This document shows, piece by piece, positions 57,085-64,000 of a stretch of 64,000 bases of DNA (position 1 is the stretch's first letter; every line of letters begins with the position of its first letter). Both the position numbers and the translations under genes were made by a program. Source of the DNA: the human T2T-CHM13v2.0 reference genome, Homo sapiens; assembly GCF_009914755.1 (NCBI RefSeq), contig NC_060931.1, one strand, 5' to 3'. Below the pieces are notes generated by a model. That model saw nothing but the letters and a program-made list of their open reading frames with translations, did no database searches and had not been told where the DNA came from.

Positions 57085-57258
57085 ACAGAGTGGAGTGGCC
57101 AGGAGCTTCGACTCTGGAGCCAATCACCTAACTCCTCTGTGCTTCAATTTTCTTATCTGTAAAACAGAGTCAATAATCATCACAGCATTGTTATATGGAT
57201 TGCATGAGTTGCTGTTTGTAAAGTGCTCAGAACACTGGCACATAGTAACTACTTAAAG
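57085..57258 (+). mobile_element. MIR fragment
   Basis: ctctgtgcttcaattttcttatctgtaaaac...tgtaaagtgctcagaacactggcacatagtaa. Confidence 0.82.
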
Positions 57259-58001
57259 CTTCGTAAGACAAAAAAACTGAGCTGACAAAGTCCACCGTCA
57301 CAACTCAGTTCTACTCCTCTGCCAGCACGGAGTAGAACACCATGGCCTTTTAAGAGCAAGTGGCTTCTAGAGAACAACCTCCGATATATGCACTTCCCAT
57401 TGCCCACAATTATTAAGAGATGAAAACTACCAAGACATCTAAAAATTAACTAAGGGAAATACTACCGCCAGAAACTCAGAGGAATTTGCCCTAAGTACAA
57501 AGCCAAGGAACAGAATGGGACCTACTGACCTACTTAGTCTTCACTGCAGAAAACAGAGTCCTCACTTCTTGGATTGTCTAAGGCATCCTGGGTCAAATGT
57601 AGCTAGAGAACCAGGCAGCTGCTCTCTACTGAGGAAGCAGTGTTCTTTCAAACAGTTCACTCATTATTCTAACCCCTGTAAATCCATTCTGAGATAAAAA
57701 TCTCAGAAAATATCCGGGAAAAAGATAGAAAGGGGTATCAAAACATATCATTACCTGGAAGGCATAATCTTCATAAGTAAAATAGCAAATAGGCAGAGGA
57801 ATATTAAGAGTTACATTTTTTTCTGAACTGTATCAGTCCAAAATAGGAAAGTAATCAGCAGTTTATGTGGTAAACCAGAAAACGTAAATGATCTGTTGTC
57901 TCTATGCTGGGTGTACGAAGATGCTCCAGGTGTAAATCTTACCTTCAGATTTAGTCAAGCCTTATCTACAAACCTTGTATATTAGTAAATATGAGTATAG
58001 G

Positions 58002-58032
58002 CACACACACACACACACACACACGCGCGCGC
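58002..58032. repeat. (CA)n(CG)n tract
   Basis: Direct reading. Confidence 0.95.
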
Positions 58033-58759
58033 TTTTCAAACAAACGTACCGTTAAATATAAAGTAAACTTCCTCTGAGGACACATTATTCTCTAAAAGTG
58101 GTTCATCTTAGATTGAGAAGGCTGCCCTAAATTGTTTGGCATACACAAAGTAAGACAAAATAACGTGGCACTTATTCATTTTTTTTACTGGTTTAACAAG
58201 TTAGCTTTGATATGTAAAAGGGACTCTGACAGAACTTGAAATTCAGCAGTGAACAAACTGGACAAGGTCCATGCTTTTGAGGAGCTTACATTTGGTGATA
58301 TAAACAACATATTACATTGCAAACCTGTTTGACTGTTTCTTACACGTCGCTTTTATTTATTTCTTTAACAAGTAGTTTTGAGCATCTGGCCCTGTGCTTC
58401 TTGCTCTTGGACTGTTCGTTTCTGGGTTTCATATCGAACTTAAAATCTAGTGAATGACACAGGGTAAAAAATCAGACACAAAGGTATACTAAGATTGAGA
58501 TTATTTTTAGCAAGAAAATACAATTCCGTGGAGGTGTATATAAGTGTAATTTAACCTGAGAGATGATGGAGAGACAAGTTAGGTATTTAGGCAGAAATAA
58601 CAGGACATTAAAAAAAATTGTGGTAACAATGAGTTTGAGATATTTGAAAAGGTATAAAGGCCAGAAATCGAGCAGTCACATAAGGACGGAAAGACCAAAT
58701 TTCTATGCAGTGAGAATCCAGGAACGGGAGGGCATAAAGAAGCATCCAGTTTTTAGGCG

Positions 58760-59190
58760 GATCCTTCTTTAAGTCCATTTCCCAGACCCATTTCCAGCCA
58801 GGTGTGATGATGTGATCCTGTCCTGGTCTATTAGGGGAAGGTGAAGCGCCATTTTCTGAAACATTTCCTTAAACAAGAGCTGCCTCACTCACAACCTTTG
58901 TCCCTTTTTTCTCATTTTCTTCCTGCTGCTTGTGGCATGAACATGGATTCCCACTGGGCAATGAAGACAAATGTTCCAGGGATGACAACCTCCAAGCAGC
59001 CTGGCCTCCACTGGGGTTCATGGAGCAAAGGCATTGCAGGGTCCTGACGGCATAGCTCCATGCTTCCATGCAGGCAAGGAGTGAGGCCTAGTGTTGTTTA
59101 GCCATTATCATCCGAGGTTCTGGGCACTCTGTGCCGCATCCAATCTTAATTAATGTAGAATTTGGTAATGAAAGTGTGGCATTGTTAAGT
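58760..59190 (+). mobile_element. Old MLT1-type LTR plus start of internal region
   Basis: cccatttccagccaggtgtgatgatgtga...cttcctgctgcttgtggcatgaac...taatgtagaatttggta. Confidence 0.5.
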
Positions 59191-62100
59191 CACATTGGAA
59201 ATTTTAATAGCTTTTTTTTTCCCCTTTTAACTCTGCAGGATGTTGGGAAAATGGTAGAAACCCCAATCTAAATGTTACTATGCCGTGGATTCTTCAATAT
59301 CCTACCCATTCCAGATGTGAGCCTTTACCATTCCTGCCCGGAATGATATACTGACTCCTATGGTATCCAGATAACTGGTGCTTCTCATTCTCTCTTTTGT
59401 AAGTAGGAGTCAAGTTACACTTTTTGTTAATGTTCCATAATTACATATTGTCTGTGCAGGGAAGCAGATTTATATTTTAATATCTAGTTTTCTTGTTTAC
59501 AAAGAGCCCCAATTGGGCATAGTGAACAATCCTGGACGTGGATCTGAATGTGATTTGCAATGGAACTTCAGGACTGCCTTTCACAGAGGAGTGTTGACTG
59601 TGGTTTACACATGGGAAGATACAGAGTTAGGAGAGCCATTTATTATAGTCAGAGGCCTATGCTCCCACACACACCACACAAAACTCTCCCCAAAAATTCA
59701 AAGGAATCCTCACACTCCAAGAAATATGTAACTTAGAAAATATTATCAATAAAATGAAATGTGAATAGTCAGTGGTTTTTAAATAACCAAAGAAACACAT
59801 GCTAAGAGGACTACTTTTGAAAATATTGATAGACCTATAAATTATGGATTTTGGCCCAAACCATTTTTTAAAACAAGCACAAAAGTACCATTTTATGAAA
59901 CAAGCAGAAAAGAACAAGATGGAAAACCTATCTAAAACGATGTTTTTGGAGAAGGTTAATATGTCATCTAAATAGAGTAAATACAGATGTAACTGCATTG
60001 ATACCAAATGGAAGATACTGGAGAATCAGGAAAAGATTGGAAGTTGAAGGAAAGGGGAATGTAAAGACCTTTTTCAGCAAAAGAGCACAGGAAAAAGACA
60101 TTTTGGGGGAAATGTTCTCAGGCAGAAAGCGTTAGTAGTTGACCTTCACATTGGAGAAGATCCTCATTTCCTCAGTTTCCATGGTTTACAGAGTTTGCAT
60201 GATAATTGACAATTTCCCATGTTCTAGGTGGAGATCACTGGGTATGATTAGATTGGAAGTGTAGTTAGGATTGGCATCCGAGGCTGGTAAAGACGTCCAC
60301 AGCAAGGAGCTGTAAAAATAGATGTCAATGTATGGCATCAAGTAAGCATCTGTGTTCAGTTGAGGATCAAACTGAAAAAGTGAAGCCTGAGAGGAAAAGT
60401 AGGGGAACAGTGACCATTAGTGAGCTAAGTGGAAAGGGGGTGACTTCTGGAAAGAAAGTTGAAAATTAATAACTTGTGTAAGGATCGGGGTGTGGTGGCC
60501 AGATGTGAGACCAGATGAGGAGCATTAGGGATCTTGAGGGCTGGAGTGTTAGCAAGATGGGATGCATCCAATATGCATCAGCAGACATCTGTGAGGCTGG
60601 TAGAAAGGTCTCTATACTATAAAATCTGACCTTTGAGCGCATCCTAAAAGGAAACTTGAAAACCTTCACACCTTGCTAAGTGTGCTGTGAAGTATAGCCA
60701 TGGCCAACGTAATGTGAAAGAAGATAGGTCATACAAAATGTAATATATATCTAGGATGATGCAATGATGAAAGCATCTGAAAGTGTCATCCACGTTCTAG
60801 CAGAAGACTTGTTAGCTAACGCTATTGCTAATAACATCACGTTACTTCTAAAGTTGCAGGCCTACATCCCTATGCTGAAATTTTCTGTTTTATTAAATGC
60901 ATTTAGTGTGGCATCTATACTAGTTTATTAATCCTCTTTTTTCTTTAAGATAGTGTAAATTAAAATATGGTTTAAAAAAAACTTAAAAAGAGAGATAACC
61001 AACCAATCTTTGCATTTTCTGACCAAGTGCTTTGATGGGGTGAATAGACAATCTACTTGGCAAAATGCAGTCCATATATGCCATTTTTTCATCTATATTT
61101 ATTCTCAGTGCTAATCATTTCCCTCCACACATGCAAGTCTATGCATGTTCTCAATGAGATCTGTGCTTTCCTGACACATTTCTTTGCCTGTCTAAAACAA
61201 CCTCCCTCCCTTTCACTTCTCAGATTCTGTGCACTCTCCAGGATGCTGCTAAAATACTACTTCATTAAGCTTTCCTAAGTACTACTACATCTCACTGCAA
61301 CAGGGCCTTTTCTTTCCTTCAAGTTTTATTTTTGTTACTTTGCTTTGTGAGTTAGACCCAGAAAATCTAGGTTAGAATTATGCACAAAGTAGGATGTCTG
61401 TTTTTGAAAAAGCATTGATTTGAACCATTAAGAATGTGCTTGATCAAGCTGACCTTAATAATGGAAGAACAGATCTAGTTGCATTCCCTATAATTTAGTA
61501 AAGGGAATTCCATTGATTTAGAAACCCTGCTGATGCCCTGCTTAGATATGGAAAATTACAACTAATTGACATTGAGAAATTAATATTGAAAATATATTTT
61601 CAAATTACAAAAAATATTAAAAATAATTATGCCTAATTAATATATCACATTTTCCATTAGTATATCTCATGACTTCAGAGTCAAATTACTAATGTGTCAC
61701 AAGCAATACATGTTAGAAAAACCTCAAAAGGAATTTTCTGAATATTTAAGAAACAAAGGTAATTCACATCATGTATAAAATTATCCCTATCTATTGAACA
61801 GCCTTTTCAGTCTGTGCTCATTTTTTTTCTCTTCTGTCATTAAGCTTTCTAAGAAAAATAAAAAATATATATATGGGAAAAATTAAAGTATGAGAGTTTA
61901 TAAATATTGCTGTTTATTCATTTGGCTTTAGATTAGTTTGTTTGCCAGTGTCTTCTCTCATTTTTCCCCACTCCCTGACTTTTTTTCTCAATGCTAATGA
62001 ATCCTGTGCCCACTGTTGGCTTCTTTGCAACAAAAGCCATCTGGAAAATGCCATTTATTTTAAATGAAACTCTTAGCCAGTCTTTTCCATAGGCAGTTGA

Positions 62101-62729
62101 TCACAGGAGATAAGCAGCTCATAGGTTAAATGAGAAATCATAGAATTGTTCTATTTACGGCACCCACATTCTCTCTCTCTTGCAGCTGCCATCTAGGATT
62201 TAACAGTTAATAATTACTTGTGGAGGAGAAGTTCATTTCTCATAACGGCAAAAGCCTAGTCTTATGATTAATAACAAGCTTCCTTGTTATAATGACATTG
62301 GCCATTTAACATACTTAGGTATTAGGTGGATTTACATTTCTGGAAAGTTAAAGAAATTCTACTTTACTTTCTTTTGCTCTTAGAAATGACATGAATGGAT
62401 GAGGAAAAGTGCTTGCTTCTTATTTAAATTTCAAATAAGAATTTCATAAAGAAGGATTAAATAGCTTTACTTATAAAATAGCTGTCTATTTTTAAATAAA
62501 AATATAAATCAGATATAAAGTTTAATATAATAAACAAATCTAAAAAGTCAAATTACACTACTTTCTAACCAAATTCTCCTTTCCTTCCAACTTTCCATGT
62601 ATTTACATTAATATTTTTACTTAACTCTTATAGAGCCACTTTTTCAGTTTTAGACGTATTTTATTGTCTTCCTAATACCAAAGTTAAAGTTCTAAGTCTT
62701 ATATACATGTATGTACCTGCAACATGAAT

Positions 62730-62765
<36 letters not shown>
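62730..62765. repeat. (CA)n microsatellite
   Basis: Direct reading. Confidence 0.97.
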
Positions 62766-62767
<2 letters not shown>

Positions 62768-64000
62768 CATTCCCTCTACCTCCAGGGAGTTATAGCCTAT
62801 GTTGTTGTTGGTAAGTCATTGGCTATGATATTATGACTGAATATTTTTCACAGCTTTGGCAAATAACATACTAGAATTACATTTCTTTTTACATGTTTTA
62901 ACTTAAATAACTATGTTTTCCTTTACTTTAATTATTATTTTTTAGACTACCTGGGGAAAAAGAATGCATTTACATGTTTTCAAATAATTCAATAATTAAT
63001 TTGTGGAATTTTTCTCTGGAACCAACCATTCTTTTCTAACAGTCTTTACTGGGGACTCTCTAGATTGACTGCCCTGGTGTTCTCCTTAATATTCCCTTCA
63101 CCATTGTCCTGGGCAGCCCATCATCCTCTCCTGTGTTCCATGTCTTCTTTCTAGATGTGATTTATTTCTCTCCTTGCTTACTCCTGTGGGTGGCTGGGAT
63201 AGGGAGAGGAAGGATAGGCATTCTTCAGTAGCTCACAAGATGTAATTTTTTAGATATCTATATAGGTTTGCAAATGTTTTCTTTCCATATAAAGTTAATA
63301 TGGTAATTGATTTCTTTATAAGAAGTAATTTCCCCTCATTATTTTAACGACTTCATTCACTCCATTGTCTTCTGGCTTCCAGTATTTCTATTGAAAAGCC
63401 TGATATCAATCAAATTAGTAATACTCTCTATAGGATTTTAGGATTTTGTCCCTTTTCTAGAAGGTTTTGGATTTTTTTTAATTCCTTGTGTTCTGAAATT
63501 CCATACTGCTATGCTGTAACACAAGTGGTGTTTTGTTTCATTTTGTTTTTCTTGTTTTTTCATGAAAATAATAAAAAGATATGTAAGTTATAGCATCTTA
63601 TTCTCAGGCCAATACTTCAGGTGCATTTGCTCTGTAAACCCTCACCACTCATCCTTCAGCCTCTCAGGGGGTCATCCCTCTGGGATGCCTTAGTATCCTC
63701 CTAAAATCCCATTCATCAGAATACAGCTTGCATGTCATGATGGACGTATAGTTCCCTTCCACACTCCTTCATGTTTCTTGTCTCTCTGTATCTCATGTCC
63801 TCACCAGATAAAACACAGTTCACAGTGACACAGTTCATCTTGTTGTGCTGTAATTCACCACCCTCCAATGGCTACTCCATGCAGCCCAGCCGTCCTGTTT
63901 CATTCTTCCTAGAGAAGACATTTTCTTTTCCTCTGTCCTTAAATGCTTTGGTAGGATCCTTCTCATGTTATTTATACTGAACCTCGTGGATTCTGTCCAT

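Overview
This window is gene-poor, AT-rich primate genomic DNA, very probably human because it contains an AluYa-lineage element. It looks intergenic or deep-intronic. I found no credible intact protein-coding gene, tRNA, rRNA, CRISPR array or CpG island. Much of it is recognisable interspersed repeat: Alus, old L1M/L2/MIR fragments, MaLR LTRs (THE1, MLT1), a MER11 solo LTR nested in a MER21-like LTR, and an LTR8-family LTR. Repeat family names come from my recall of consensus sequences and need RepeatMasker/Dfam confirmation. The most notable structure is a ~514-bp inverted duplication (3937-4450 vs 10292-11112, ~97.5% identical by hand alignment) flanking a 5.84-kb spacer. One arm carries a young AluY, the identity pattern suggests arm-to-arm gene conversion, and the architecture is that of an NAHR-invertible segment. 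Other locally templated structures are a 76-bp hairpin with perfect 31-bp arms (53625-53700), a 3 x 115-bp tandem repeat at an L1 strand switch (26959-27308), and a ~120-bp dispersed direct copy (25852-25973 of 27980-28095). A ~0.5-kb coding-like unidentified insert lies at 20195-20728. I did not find convincing evidence of a new biological system; the findings concern structural-variation and genome-evolution substrates.
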